64,000 bases of DNA from assembly GCF_009914755.1 (NCBI RefSeq), contig NC_060947.1. One strand, 5' to 3'. Source of the stretch: the human T2T-CHM13v2.0 reference genome, Homo sapiens. Made by a program: the position numbers and the translations under genes. Below the pieces are notes generated by a model, which had not been told where the DNA came from, searched no databases, and saw nothing but the letters and a program-made list of their open reading frames with translations. Positions 19,951 through 38,516 of the stretch are shown here, piece by piece; position 1 is the stretch's first letter; each line of letters opens with the position of its first letter.

Positions 19951-21330
19951 ATATGTGTAATTTTTAAAGTTCATTTGATTAAGTGAATATTAAACATGTT
20001 AATATGAGTGAATGTATGAGCATGTGCATATATGTAAGCATGTATATGTAAGCATGTAAGCATATATGTGTAAGCATGTGAGAGTAAATATGTGAATTTG
20101 TAATGTCTTAGATTGTGCTAGTGTAACAATATTTGAGTGTTGAATTCAAGGGGTGTGTTAAAGTATACTGTGAATTTGTGAGCATGTATATAGGTGCTAG
20201 CATGTTTGTATTAAGTGAATGTGTGTCATATTCATTTGTGTGAGCTTTTTAATGTGTTAGTATATTGTGTGAGTTAAATGTGAGTGTGAAGTGTATCTCT
20301 GTGAGTGAATGAGATCATTGTGAGTGTAAGCACGTTTGTGTGAGAGTGATAGGTAAACAGATTACTATTCATGAATGTGTTAATGTGCCTGTTTAATTGT
20401 ATGGGTGAGTGTGAGCACATAGTATATATAATGGTGTCTCTATAGGTATGAATTTGTGAGAATACACATGTGAATCAGTTAGTGTGTGAGCAGGTCCCTG
20501 TTTTTATGTGTGCTAATGCATGAGTGAAGGGATGCGTAAAAGTGTTCAGGTGAGATATACAAGTGTGTCTTACATATGAATGAACTTGTGAGCATGTTCA
20601 TGTGCATGAGTGTATATGTCTTGGAGATAGTGTATGTGAGTGTTCTATATGTGTGAAAATTTAGCATGATCATGTTACTGAATGTGTGAGCATATCTATA
20701 TATGAGAGCACAAATTTGTGTTTTAGTGTATTTGTGAGCATGTTCACATGTGAGCATAAGTGTGTGTAACTAAATAATGAGAATGTATATGTGAATATAT
20801 AATTATGGGAATATGATTAGGCATGTGGTTGTAAATAATTGTATGTAAAGGTATCTATATATTATAAATGTGATTTAATTTTATAAACGTGTGTGTGATT
20901 GAATGTATTAGCATGTCCCTGTTTATGTTTACATACATGTGTGAAAGAAAGTATGAGTGAGTAAATGTGAGCATATATGAGTGGGTCCTGTGTGTAAGTT
21001 TGTAGGTATGTCCATGTGAAAGAAAGAAAGTGTGAGCAAGTTTGTGTGAATGTGTGCACGTGAAGGTGTCTGTCTATATATGTTAGTGAATATATGAGCA
21101 TGTCATGAGCAAAGCAAGTCCATTTGTAAACTTTAATGTGTGAGTGTATCTATGTAAGTGAATGTGTGACCTTTTATGTAAGCATGAGCATATTCATGGG
21201 CAGTGAATACCTGAAAATATTCCTTTTGTGGTCATATTATTTTGGGTAACCAAATGTGTGAGTATGTACATATAAATGTGAATGAGTCTGTCTGGTGTGT
21301 GTGATTTTGTGAGCACATTCATGTGAGTGA

Positions 21331-21681
<351 letters not shown>

Positions 21682-23947
21682 TGAATGAAAGAATGTGTGA
21701 GATTGCAGACATGTATGTGAGTGTGACTGAGTTAATTTATCACTATGCTCTTTTGAGTGAGTGAATTGTGTGTGTTAATGTGAGTGATTGAATCTGTGTG
21801 TGCATGTATAAATAAATCTCTGAGTAAATTCTTGAATTTGCATATTTGAATACACATACATATTTGTGCAAATAGAAAACTAGGTTTTATATTTAGTATA
21901 TTGATGTATGTCTGTGTGTGGATGTGTAAATATGTGTAAATTATTATATGTGAGGGTGTCCATGTGTGTGAATTTTAAAACGTTTGTGTTTGATAAGTAA
22001 TATGTGAGTTTATGTGTGAGCTCAAATTCAAGTATGTCCTTGCATGTGAGTAAATGTTTCAGTGTTGATATGTGTGAGTGAATGTTTTAATAACTTTGAG
22101 CATAAATGGGTGAGTGAATGTGTGAGCATTTCATGTATGTAACCATGTTGGTGAGTATATTTGAGTGAATAAATGAGCATGTGTGTGTGAGAGTGTGAAT
22201 GTATCCACCAGTGTGAGTAAACTTCTGAGCATGATTATGTGAATAATGCATGAGTATATGTATGTATGTGGGCATGTCCACGTGTGAGACTGTTCATGTA
22301 TGAATGTGTTAGTGTGAGCATATTTGTGTGCTTAACTGAATGTTCATGTATAAACGTGTATAAGGATGTAAAAGTATTCATGTTTGTGTGAGGTTGTCAA
22401 TGTGTGAGTAAAGTTGTGAGTGAAAACATGACCATGTACTTGTGTGTATATGTGTGCATCCATGTGTGTGATGAGTGTGAATGTTTATTTGCAAGTGAAT
22501 GTGTGTGTCCCTGTTTGTGTGTTAATTTGCATGTGTGAATGAATTATATGTGCATGTGAGCATATATAAGTATGTCTTTGAGTACATTTTTAAGAATATT
22601 CACGTGAATTAGGGGATCTATAATCCAACTTGTGTGAGTGAATAGCTGAGCAATTTTTTTGTGTGAATGTATGTGAAAGTGGGTTCATTTGTGTGGGCTT
22701 CTTAATGGAAGACTATATTTCTGTGAGTATATATATGTGTGTGTGTGTGTTTGCAAGTATATGTGTGTGTGTTTGCAAGTGAATGTGTGAGCATGCCCCT
22801 GTTTATGTGTGTTTATATGCCTGTGTGAGAGAGTAAGTGTGTACATGTGACCATATATGAGTGTTTTCTGTATGAGTGAAATTGTAACCATGTTCATGTG
22901 AATGAGCTAATTTGGGAGCGAGTTTGGTTGAGTGAATAAATGTGTGAGCATCTCTTATATGAGCATCACTGAGTATGCATGTGTGTGTAAGCATGTTCAT
23001 ACTATAAGTGAACATATGAACATATCGTGTCTGTAAGGGAGTTAGTTTTTGAGTATGTTTGACTGTATGAGTGAACTTACCTGTGTGAAAGTAAAAGTGT
23101 GAGTGTGTAATATGTGAAGGTTATTTCTGTGAGTGAATGTGTGAGCACATTCATGTGTAGGATCAGGTTCTCCAGTGAGTGAATGAGTATGTTTGTATAT
23201 GTGAATATAATTGTATGTGTGAGCAAGTTCATATGTGTGTGCTAATGTATGACTATGTGAATGTGAGCACCAGCATGTGAGTGTATCTATGTGAGTGAGC
23301 AAATTTGTGTAATGTTAAGAGTGAATAAATGTGTTAGCATGTCCTTATTTGAGAGTGTCAATACATGGGTGAATGTATGAGCATATTCATGTATGTGAGG
23401 AATTAAGTGTGCCTGTGTGAGTAGATGTGCAAAGATGTTCATGTGTGAGTTAATGGGTGATCAAACACATGTAATAGCATGATAATATATGAGTAAATGC
23501 ATGTGTGAATAAACACATGAATATGTTTCTATGAGCAGGTTAATGTGTGTGTATAAGTGAATATGAGTATGTGCACAGAAGCAAATATGAGTGTTATGTG
23601 TCAATAAAATTGTAAGCATGTTCATGTGTGTCAGTGAATGTGTGAGCATGTGCATGTATATGAGCCTGTTTATGTCTGAGTGAATTCTTTAGCATCTTCA
23701 TATGTGTTAGTACATGTGTGAGTGAATAGTGAACATGTTTGTATATGTAAGCATGTTAATGGGAGAGCGAATGTGTGTATGAAAATTGTGTGATCATAAA
23801 TGTCAGTGTGTGAAAAATTGTGTGTTGATGTGTGTGACAGAATGTGTATGAATGACTTCATGTATATGAGCATACTTGGCATGTGAGTGATTTAGCATTT
23901 CATATATGTATTTAGCATTATCATACTTAGCATGTACATTTCATTAT

Positions 23948-24360
23948 TGTATTATGCCATTCTTGCGTTGCTATAAAGAAATACGTGAGGGTGGGTAATC
24001 TATAAAGAGGCTTAATTGGCTCATGGTTTTTCAGGCTTTACAGAAAGTATGATGCCAACATTTGCTTCACTTCTGGGCCGGCCTCAGAAAGCTTTTACTC
24101 ATGGCAGAAGGTGAAGTGGGAGCAGACATGTCACACGGTCAAAGCAGGAACAAGAGAGAAGAGAGGAGGTGTCACACACTTTTAAATGACCAGATCTTAT
24201 AAGAACTCACTCACTGTGGTGAGAACAGCACCAACCTATGGGGTTCCATGGAGGTATCCACCTCCATGACCCAAACACCTCCCACCACACCCTATCTCCA
24301 GAATTGGGGACTACATTTCAACATGAGGTTTGGGCAGGGACAAATATCCAAACAATAACA
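23948..24360 (-). mobile_element. MSTA-like solo LTR
   Basis: TGTATTATGCCATTCTTGCGTTGCTATAAAGAAATAC ... GGGACAAATATCCAAAC. Confidence 0.85.
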
Positions 24361-24528
24361 AGTATACTTACGTTTCTGTGAATTTGTGAGCATGTGTGTG
24401 AGTAAATATGTGTGTTCATGAGCATAAGCATGTTGGTGTCAGTGAATATTTGAGCATCGCCTTGTATATGAGTGAAAATGCAAGCTAGTTCATATGTCAG
24501 TGTTTATTACATTTGTGTGATCAGGTAA

Positions 24529-24875
<347 letters not shown>

Positions 24876-25269
24876 TAAGCAAAATTTATGACCGTGTGCA
24901 TCAATGTTAGCATATTTGTGTAAGTTCATGTGTAATCATGGTCATTTGTGTGAGTGTATTTGTGTGAGGGGTGATGAGGGTGTGCATGTGAGTATATGAA
25001 TGTGTGAGCTTCTTGCTATACATAAGCATGTTTGAGTGAATATGTGAGCATGTTTCTGTGAGTGTATTAATATGCATGCATAAGTGAATGAGTGTGTGCA
25101 TGTGAACATGAGTATGTGTGGAAATAAATTTGTAAGTTAGCTCATGTGTGAGTGAATATATGAGCATATTTGTGTGTGAGAGTAAATGTGAGCATAATCA
25201 TGTGAGTGTGTGAGCAAGGTTTGTGAGTAAACATGAGAGAGAGTGCATGTATGTGAGCCTGTTTGCAGC

Positions 25270-25390
25270 ATTAGAGACTTGTACAGTTTGTGAAGGAAAG
25301 TACTTGAGAGTTCAGCTGCTGAATAAATATCTGGAAAGTTGTGTAAAACCCAAGTGCAAGTAGTATTTTTCAGGGTTAGACAAGAGGAAT
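25270..25390 (-). mobile_element. Probable ERV env TM fragment, distal remnant of the 30870-40583 provirus
   Basis: Translates CLTLKNTTCTWVLHNFPDIYSAAELSSTFLHKL, resembling a decayed CX6CC-containing TM region. Confidence 0.4.
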
Positions 25391-27750
25391 CTTGGACTAG
25401 ATGCAGCCAGGTGGAACAGCTGCCACCAAGGGACTGGGACAACTGGCACACTCCTAACAGATCTTCCAGGGGAAGGCACTGAGAGTGGATGAAGGGAAGA
25501 CAAATAAGCTAGGCTGAAAGGGGAAGAATCTGGAAACTCTGCGTGGGGCTACCACACACTGGGGCTTGTTCTTGGCCCCCAGTGACTTCCAGGGAAATGG
25601 ATGAGTTGAACTGGCAAGGAGTAACCCATGAAAATTTCCCCAACCTAGCTATAGAGGCCAACATTCAAATTCAGGAAATGCAGACAACACCCACAAATAC
25701 TTCACAAGAAGTTCATCCCCAAGACACATAATCATCAGATTCTCCAAGATCAAAATGAAAGAAAAAATGTTAAAAGTAGCTAGAGAGAAAGGTCAGGTCA
25801 CCTACAAAGGCAAGCCCATCAGACTAACAGTGGACCTCTCAGCAGGAACCCTACAAGTCAGAAGAGATTGAGGGCCAATATTCAACATTCTTAAAGAAAA
25901 GAAATTCCAAACAAAAATTTCATATCTGGCCAAACAAAGTTTCATAAGCAAAGGGGAAATAAGATTCTTTTTCAGACAAACAAGGGCTGAGGGAATTTGT
26001 TATCACCAGACCTGCCTTTTAAGAGCTCCTGAAGGAAGCACTAAATATGGGAAGGAAAGACCATTATCAGCCGCTACGAAAACACACTGAAATACACTGA
26101 CCAATGACACTAAAAAACAACCACATAAACAAGTCTGCATAATAACCAGCTAACATCATGATGACAGGATCAAATCCATACATTTCAACATTAATCTTAA
26201 ATGTAAATGAGATAAATGCCCCAATTAAAAGGCACAGAGTGGCAAGCTGCATAAAGAATCAAGACATGATGGTAGGCTGTCTTTAAGTGACCTATCTCAC
26301 ATGCAATGACACTCATAGGCTCAAAATAAAGGGATGAAGAAAAATCTACCAAGAAAGTGGGAAAATCTTAATTTCAGACAAAACAGACTTTAAGGAAAAA
26401 AATATCAAAAAAGATGAAGAAGGGCATTATGTAATGGTAAAGCATTCAATTCAATAAGAAGCTCTAACTATCCTAAATATATATATGTGCACCCAATGCA
26501 GTAGCACTCAGATTCATGAAGTGAGTTCTTAGAGAACTTCAAAGAGACTTAGACTGCCACATAAAAGTAGTAAGAGACTTTAATATGCCACTGTCAGTAT
26601 TAGACAGGTAATAAAGGCAGAAAATTAACAAAGACATTCAGGAAACATAAACTCAGCACTGGTCAAATGGACCTGATAGACATCTGTAGAAGTCTTCACC
26701 CAAAAACAACAGGATATCCATTCAGCTCATTGTCACATGGCACATACTCTAAAATCAATCACATAATCAGACATAAAACACTCCTCAGCTAATGCAAAAG
26801 AACTGAAAACATAAAAACCACTCTCACAGACCACAGGCAATTAAAATAAAATTTATGACTAAGAAAATAGCTCAGAACTATATGATTACATGGAAATTAA
26901 ATAACCTATTCCTGAATGATTTTTAGGTAAGTAATGAAATCAAGGCAGAAATCAAGAAGTTCTTTGAAACTAATGAAAACAAAGATACAACATATCAGAA
27001 TCTCTGGGACACAGCTAAGGCAGTGTTAAGAAGGAAATTTATAGCACTAAACACCCACATCAAAAAGTTAGAAAGATCTCAATTTAACAACCTAACATCA
27101 CAATTAAAAGAAGTAGAGAAGTAAAAGCAAACCAACCCCAAAGCTATCAGAAAACAAGAAATAACCAAAATCAAAGCTGAACTGAAGAAGATTGAGACAC
27201 ACACACAAAAAAAATTCAAAAGATCAATGAAACCAGGGTTTGGTTTGTTGAAAATGTTAATAAAACAGATAGACTGCTAACCAGACTAATAAAGAAAAAA
27301 AGGGAACATAGGATCCAAATAAAAACAATTAGAAATGACAAAGGAGATACTATCACCGACTCCACAGAAACACAAACAACCATCAGAGAATATTATGAAC
27401 ACCTCTATGCACACCAACTGGAAAATCTAGAAGAATTGGATAAATTCCTGGACACATAAACCTTTCCAAGACCGAAACAGGAAGAAATGGAATACCTGAA
27501 CAGATCAATAATAGCTCTGAAATTGAATCAGTAATAAATAGCCTACCAACCAGAAAAAGCCCAGGACCAGATGGATTCACAGCTGAATTCTACCAGATGT
27601 ACAAAGAAGTGCTGGTACCATTCCTACTGAAACTATCCCCCAAAAAGTTAGGAGGCCAGCATCATGCTGATAACAAAACCTAGGAGACACACAACAAAAA
27701 AGGAAAACTTCATGCCACTATCCTTGATGAACATCATGCAAAAATCCCTA

Positions 27751-28116
<366 letters not shown>

Positions 28117-29716
28117 TCAAGTAGGCTTTATCCCTGGGATGCAAGGTTGGTTCAGCATACACAAATCAGTCAATGTGACTCATCACATAAACAGAACTAA
28201 ATACAAAAACCACATGATCATCTCAATAGATGCAGAAAAGGCTTTCAATAAGATTCAATACCCCTTCATGTTAAAAACTCTAAATAAACTAGGTAGTGAA
28301 GGAACACGTCTCAAAATAATAAGAGCCATCTATGACAAACCCACAACAAATATCATACTGAATGGGTAAAAGCTGGAAGCATTCCCTTTGAAAACCAACA
28401 CCAGGCAAAAATGCCCTCTCTCACTACTACTATTCAACATAGTATTGGAATTCCTAGCCAGAGGAATCAGGCAAGAGAAGGAAATAAGGGACATCCAAAT
28501 AGGAAGAGAGGAAGTCAAACTATCCCTATTTGTAGACAACATGATATCTACAAAACCCCATAGTCTCAGCCCAAAAGCTCCTTAAGCTCATAAACAACTT
28601 CAGCAAAGTCTCAGGATACAAAATCAATGTAAAAAAATCAGTAGCATTCCTATATACCAACAACAGTCAAGCCGAGAGCCAAATCAGGAATGCAATAGCA
28701 TTCACAATTGCCACAAAAAGAATAAAATACCTAAGAATACAGCTAATGAGGGAAGGGAAAGATCTCTACAATGAGAAATACAAAACTGCTCAGAGAAATC
28801 AGAGATGACACAAACAAATGTGAAAATATTCAATACTCATGGATAGGAAGAATCAATATCATTAAAATGGTCATACTGCCCAAAGCCAGTTATAGATTCA
28901 ATGCTATTTCTGTCCAACTACTAATGACATTCTTCACAGAACTAGAAAAATGCTATTTTAAAATTCATATGGAACCAAAAAAGAGCCCAAATAGCCAAGG
29001 CAATCCTAAGCAAAAATAAAAAAGCTGGAGGCATCATATTAGCTGTCTTCAAACTATACTGCAGGGCTATAGTAACCAAAACAGCATGGTCCTGGTACAA
29101 AAGTAGACACACAGATCAATGAAACAGAGAGCCCAGAAATAAGGTCACACATCTACAACCATCTGATCTTCGACAAAGTGGACAAAAATAAACAAGAGAG
29201 AAAGGACTCCTTATTCAATAAGTAGTGCTGGGATAACTGCCTAGCCATATGCAGAAGACTGAAACTGGACCACTTTCTTACACCATATACAGAAATTATC
29301 TCAAGATGGATTCAAAGCCTTAAATATAAAACCCAAAATGATAAAAATCCTGGAAGACAACCTAGGCAATAATGTTATTGACATAGGAACAGGCAAAGAT
29401 TTCATGACAAAGATGCCAAAAGCAATTGCTACAAAACCAAAAATTGACAAATGGGATTTGATTAAAGAGCTTCTGGACAGCAAAAGAAACTATCTACAGA
29501 GTGAACAGACAACCCATAGAATGGGATAAATATTTTGTGAACTATGAATCTGACAAAGTTCTAGTATTCAGCATCTATAAGGTATTTAAACAAATTTACA
29601 AGAAAGAAACAACTCATTTTTAAAGTAATTTTTAAAAGGGCAAAGGACATGAACAGACACTTTTCAAAAGAAGACATATATGCCACAAACAAGCATATGA
29701 AAAAAAACTCATCATC

Positions 29717-30096
29717 TGTTATTAGTCCATTCTCACGCTGCTATGAAGAAATACCCAAGACTGGGTAATATGTAAAGAGAAAAGATTTAATTGAGTCACA
29801 GTACTGCAGGGCTGGGGAGGCCTCCGGAAACTTACAATCATGGCGGAAGGGAACGCAAACACGTCTTCTTTACATGGAAGCAAGAAGAAAAAGTGAAGAG
29901 CAAAGCAGGAAAAAGCCCCTTATAAAACCATCAGACCTTGTGAGAACTCACTCACTATCATGAGAACAGCATGGGGGAACTGCCCGCATGATCTAATCAC
30001 CCCCCAAGAGTTCCCTCCCCCAGTATGTGGGGATTACAATTTGGATTAAAATTCAGTATGAGATTTGGGTTGGGGACACAGAGCCAGACCATATCA
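29717..30096 (-). mobile_element. THE1 (C/D-like) solo LTR nested in L1
   Basis: TATTAGTCCATTCTCACGCTGCTATGAAGAAATACCC ... GGGGACACAGAGCCAGACCATATCA; TSD TCATC/ACATC. Confidence 0.85.
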
Positions 30097-32185
30097 ACAT
30101 CACTGATGATTAGAGAAATGCTAATCAAAACCACAACAAGATACCATCTCACACCAGTCAGAATAGCTATTATTAAAAAGTCAAAAAGTAACAAATGCTG
30201 GCCAGGTTGCAGAGAAAAAGGAACACTTATACACTGTTGGTGGGAATGTAAGTTAGTTCAGTCATTGTGGAAATCAGTGTGGAGATTCCTCAAAGAGCTA
30301 AAAGCAGAACTACCATTCAACCCAGCAATCCCATTACTGGGTATATACCCAACGGAATATAAATCATTCTATCATAAAGACACATGCACGTATATGTTCA
30401 TTGCAGCACTATTCCTAATAACAAAGACATGGAATCAACCTAAATGCCCATTAATGACAGACTGAATAAAGAAAATATGGTACATATACACCATGGAATA
30501 TTATGGAGATATAAAAAAAGAATGAGATCATGTTCTTTGCAGGAACATGGATGGAGCTAGAGGCCATTATCCTTAGCAAACTAACACAGGAACAGAAAAA
30601 TAAATATTGTATGTTCTCACTTGTAAGTTGGAAGTAAATGATGAAAACATATGGACACGTAGAGGGGAACAGAAGACACTGAGGCCTACCAGAGGGTGAA
30701 TGGTGGGAGGAGGAAGAGTATTAGGAAAAATAACGCATGGGTACTAGTCTTAAGACCTGGGTGATGAAATAATGTGTACGGCAAACCACCATGACACGGG
30801 GTTTACATATGTAACAAACCTACACGTGTACCCCTGAACTTAAAAGTTAAAAAATAATAACAAAAAAGAAATATTCAACTAAAGGAATGGCCATGTTTCA
30901 TCGTTTGAAAGTATTGCCAAGTACATATTCCCTTGCACAGTGACCAACCCACCATATGTATGTTTTCTAAAGTTATAAAATTTTGAAAATTAAAAAAGGG
31001 AATCTTGTGACAGAGGAATCCATTTGATTCTTTTGCAGGCCCACCAGGCTCCCTCTGCTACCTCTTGCTCCTATGAAAGTAATCTTGTGTCGCTTAGTGC
31101 AATTCCAGGCGGTATTAAGAGGAGCATACTATGTCGTAGTCAAATGAGCTTGCATGTTATCTGCCTTGCATTTAGCACCTGGATCAACTAAATTGGTTAT
31201 GAGCTCTGCTCACCATTGCCCACATATCTTCATGAGATTAGCCTCTGGATATTGTTGGTGAGTGTCAATGGTTAGAGTAATAGGCTTATCTTGATAAATG
31301 AGATTTATGGAGTAGCTTGGCCAGGGAGAAGTATGCTATGTGTACCAAAGCGATGACGGTGGAGGCAAGCTCAGTATGTGGTTTAATTTGCATCTTAGGT
31401 AGTATTGTGGCTAAAGTTTCATGCTTTTTTCTTTTGGTGGGCAAGTGTATGTTCCTCCTTCTTCAAATTGGTGTGCATTGTGGCTTGTTTTTCCTGCCAA
31501 TTGCCAACAGCAAATAGCATTGGTATGTTCCCATAGGTGAGGGATAATTTCTCAGGTACTCTCAGCAGCTTGAATAAAGGTTGTTTATGTAGCAATGCAA
31601 TAAATTAGATACTGAAGTAAGGGGCACTTACATATGGGATCCTCACAGGTGTGCCAAGTTATTTCAAAATTAGACATCAATTGGCCCATTTTTGTCCCTG
31701 TTTATCACAATGTTGCCATGTTTCAATGGGAGATCACCTGTTTCAATGCTTCCACTCTACGGAAAACTTTTCTAGGGCAGCATTAATAGCCTTAGGCTGG
31801 CCTAATACCAATAAATGTCCTCCTGAATTAGTTTTGCTACCAGGCTTCTCGTTATTGTCTCTATCTTCTATAAGATGGAGTGTGTATGTATTTTAAGGAC
31901 CCCGCAGAAGAGTAAAATTGGGCAATTTCCCTTAAATATTCCCCAAGTCCTCATTAATGGTGTTCTTTTTAGCCCTGGAAAATTTTGTAACAGCTATAAG
32001 CAAGTAGTTATCAATTTCAATAGAGAAACTGCCATTTAGTGAGTGAATAGATGTCTCCATGGAATCAAATATGTTTTTGTAGGAATTGTCTTTATTGAAA
32101 CATCAAAAGACTATGATTGTTTACTGTTGGCAGCCAGCAATGCAGTTGTTAAAGAGCCTGCTTCCATACAATGTTATGTAAGTGT

Positions 32186-32193
32186 ATATATAC

Positions 32194-32233
<40 letters not shown>
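32186..32233. repeat. Imperfect (TA)n microsatellite
   Basis: TATATATACATATATA... run. Confidence 0.9.
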
Positions 32234-32234
<1 letters not shown>

Positions 32235-35200
32235 GTCAACAGTAGTGTGTAGATTACCAGGGCTAGGGTGATCCACCAGTGGACATGCAGTAGACATCTA
32301 GTAGATGTGACAACAATAGAAACTTTTCAAGTAAGGAAGGGACACAGCAACAGGGTAGGGGTTGAAGTCAGAGGTCATCTGTGGCCAGCAGTGAGAAGGC
32401 CAGCACTGATTGCCCACTGGGTGGCACCCAAATGGTGTTACCTCGTCTGTTAATGGTTTAGATCCATCCCCTGGTTGCCAGGAGGCAGGTCCAGGTTTAT
32501 TCCACAGTGCCTTTAATAGAGCAAAGTACGTGGTTAGCAGATGAAAGCAGCTTTATCTCCAGATGGTAGTGAGAAAGAGCTTGGCTTATGCTTATTTTTG
32601 AGTGGACACAGCCTGAGGTCAGTTCCAGAGTCATTGGTCCACATCAGGTCCTTGTCAGGATCAAGAGGGAAGTGCTAGCTCTGAGTTTTCTATGAAGGCA
32701 AAAGGAAAAGTGAAAGTACTAGACTAATGTTCCTTTTCGGTGGGTGGCAACATCTGGGTTCTCATGTCTGTAAAAACTGGTAATTGGGTTGTGTTTGGTG
32801 TGGGTGTGCACACCAGCAGATGCCACAACATCTCTGTTGGTAGTCTCATCATTTATGAATTTACATATGGTATTGTTATGCCATACATAGGTACATGATC
32901 ATCAGGACTATGGGCAATGTTTTTGATCACTTCAGAGACCACTGTCCTCTAAGAACTGTCAATAGCTCTGGTTTAAAAAAGACTATTATATATTTCTATG
33001 ATGCCTGCTATAGAATAATAGGGTAGGTAAAAAACCCAGACAATGTTATCTTGTAATGCCCATTGTTGTGTTTGTTTTGTGCTTTGTGGGGGGACCCTTG
33101 ATCTGATAACATAACTTGTAACACTTCCAAAGGCTGTGAAAGCTGTTTTTGTTAATCCCTCAATAACACTAGCAGAGGTTGGTGTCTTGCATGGGTAAAT
33201 AAATAGAAGGCCTGTGTAGGTATTCACCATTGTTAAGGCATATTTTAATGGCTCCAGCCACAGCAAGGAGAAGCCCAATGAAATCAATTTGCCAGTTGTC
33301 ATGTGGTCCTTTTCTGTAAATTTCTCCTTCCATGAAGTAGGCCCAGTGTCTAGATTTCTGTCAATGTGATACAGTTTCTAATATTAATAGTTTTATGTAC
33401 ACATCTCTCTGCCAGTTTGACTCCTCTAGTAACAATCCACTTTCTTAACCCAACAATGCCCGAATTCCCTGACCGCTCATGTGCCTACCAATAGAAGGGG
33501 TGAGATAGCTCATCCCTAAGTTCCGGAGACTCCCCCTCCTTTAACAGACTAGTCTACCTTTGTGGTTTGGTTATTTTGTTGGCTTTGGCATTGTGTATCA
33601 TGCCTCCTCTTTGCCTTGCTTGGTACAAATTAAGGTATAGTGCACCAAGATGGGTGGAGCAGGAGCCAGTGTGGTGAATTTTTCCCATATCTCTTTACCC
33701 TGATTTTTTAACACTGATTTTGCCAAAGCCTCAACTAAGTAATTAGCCACAAACCAGGAGTCAGTAAAAGTATGAATCTTATAAAAATTATTAAGGACAT
33801 ACTCGATTGCTACAAATATTGCCCACAGCTCATCTCATTGAGCCCTTTGGTCCACCCCCCACAAAACTGGAGTGTTTGAATAGAAGTGATGGTCTGAGGC
33901 TATCCATTGTTAGCTCCTTCATACCCTGTACTGACTCCATAAGTAAAGAGAGACCATTACTATTCTTTTTTGAGAGTGATGTCCATCCTCCTTCCAGTCC
34001 CCATTGAATAAGAGGTAGAGGCATTTCTGGATGTTTTGCCAAAGTAACCTCAGTGCCAGGGTATGTGGCTATTTCCTCATGGAGTTGTGACACTCCAGTA
34101 GGGCTGGGTTTAACTCAACCCAGTAGATACCATTTCCATTTTAATAAAGAGGCCTCTGTTGTCAATCTAATTTATGAGGAACTTTATCCATGACCCAGGG
34201 CATAATAGGAATCTTGGTCCATGGGGTAACTGGCTCTGCCCCAGTAAGGGCTTCAGTTTCAATAACTGCCCAGTACATCTCCAGGGGTTGCCTCTCTAGC
34301 AGCAAAAACCTTTGGGCTGAGTCTGGGAGCTGCTTACACCAAAAACTCATGGGTAAGGCCTTTATCCATCCATTTGGTCCAGAGGCTCCAGGAAGTAAAT
34401 TTGGGATGGCAGAACTAATTTTAAGTCCTGCTCTCTGTACATTATTGGGAGACTTAAAGTGATGGTGTCCTTTAGTTTATGTAGTGTATGTTGTTGTGTA
34501 AGTCCCCACTAAAAAATGGAAGAATTATGGGTGACTCCAGAGATGGAGGCCAGCAAACACGAGTTGAGGAATGTGTTGGCACCAGAATCCAAATATCTTT
34601 ACCGAATGCTGGACCTCCTTTACTGATGTCACAGGTTGGAGCACTAAGAGCTTGTTTTTTACTGAATTGAGAACAGTTCATTCTTCTGAATTTTCAATGT
34701 AGCTCCCAAATTTAACAAACTAGGAAGAGCCTGTACCTTATGTGGGACAATTGCCCATCCCCTTAGTGAGGTGTTTACTCACTGTTGTGATTGACTTTAG
34801 ACAGATTCTTAGTAAGGTCCTGTGAGGAGGATGTCATCAATATAATGCCAAGGCCTAGTTTCTGGGGACCATTTAGGACAGGTGTCTAGATGCTGTATGA
34901 AAATTCCATGCACAATTTAAGTACCCCATAGGCCACTGGGAAAAGGTTTATTGTTGATCCACAAAGGTGAAGGCGATTCATGGTTGACTTTCCTATGAAA
35001 TTTTCACTGGCTGGAACACATTAACTAAGTCTATAACTCTGAACCATTTACCTATGCTAATTTTAATTTGATTCATTAAGATTATGATATCTGGTAGAGA
35101 TGCTCTAATAGAGGGAACAGCCTTGTTTAACTCTCTTTAGTCTATAGTTAGCCTCCACTCATTAGTAGTGGCACAGACCATGCTGGAGAATTGAAAGGTG

Positions 35201-36135
35201 GGAATCAGTACCCCATTTTTAACTAAGTCAGCTATGATAGGTCATAATTCCTCACTGCTTTGCCTTAGCCAGTACTATGGTATATTTGCCTCCTGCACCA
35301 TAAAGAATGATAAACTGGCTGCCACTGGCTGGAGCCCACCGGTAACATAAAAGCCTTAGGCTCACTCCATGTTATCTGCTAACTGAGGAGATTCATTCCA
35401 ATAATGGGAAAAGGGACGTTCCCAGGGAGAACAACCAGGACAGAATAATTTGTTAGCAAAATTGGACGAATTTTTACAGTTAAGCAGGTAATTATTCCTT
35501 TAATTAATCCTCCTCCCAAACTTCACCTCCTGGGGGTGGGAGTGGATTCCTTTAATGCATGAGTGATTCCTGGGATTCGAGATATTTGGGCACTTGTATT
35601 TACCAGATCCAGCCAGTATTTACTTTTTGGAGCTCAAACTGCAGTTAATGTTGTAAAAGGGTGCTTGTCTGTCAAAAGGTGCTTACTTCAAGCCTACCGG
35701 ATCCCTACATATGTGTGGATCCCTGTCACTGGCAGAGATCAGGAGCAGGTGTGGAAGGTAGGGCTGTCTCTGAAGGAAAAGCCCTCCCAGACGGTAATCT
35801 AACCCTAGTAAGTATTGTAATTACTCCATAGATTTACCAGAGATCATATAATTTGGGAACCCCTTTTTCCTTTGGGTCCAATATAATCTCTCTTATTTAT
35901 CTAAGGGTTCATTCTTAAGCAGGGGTCCTGGCTACAGGTAGTTTGTTTGGCCTAAGAAAGGGGCAGCCTCTCATTTAATAGTAATTTTAGTTTTGGCCAG
36001 GTAGGATATTTTTTGTAGAATTAATAGGCAACACTTGATCTGTTTGTCTTTCATGCATTTCTATTAAATCCAGGGCAGCTGTGTCCTCTTGAATTGTTTT
36101 AGCATTAGCCATCATTGCCAGTAATGCGGACTTAT

Positions 36136-38516
<2,381 letters not shown>

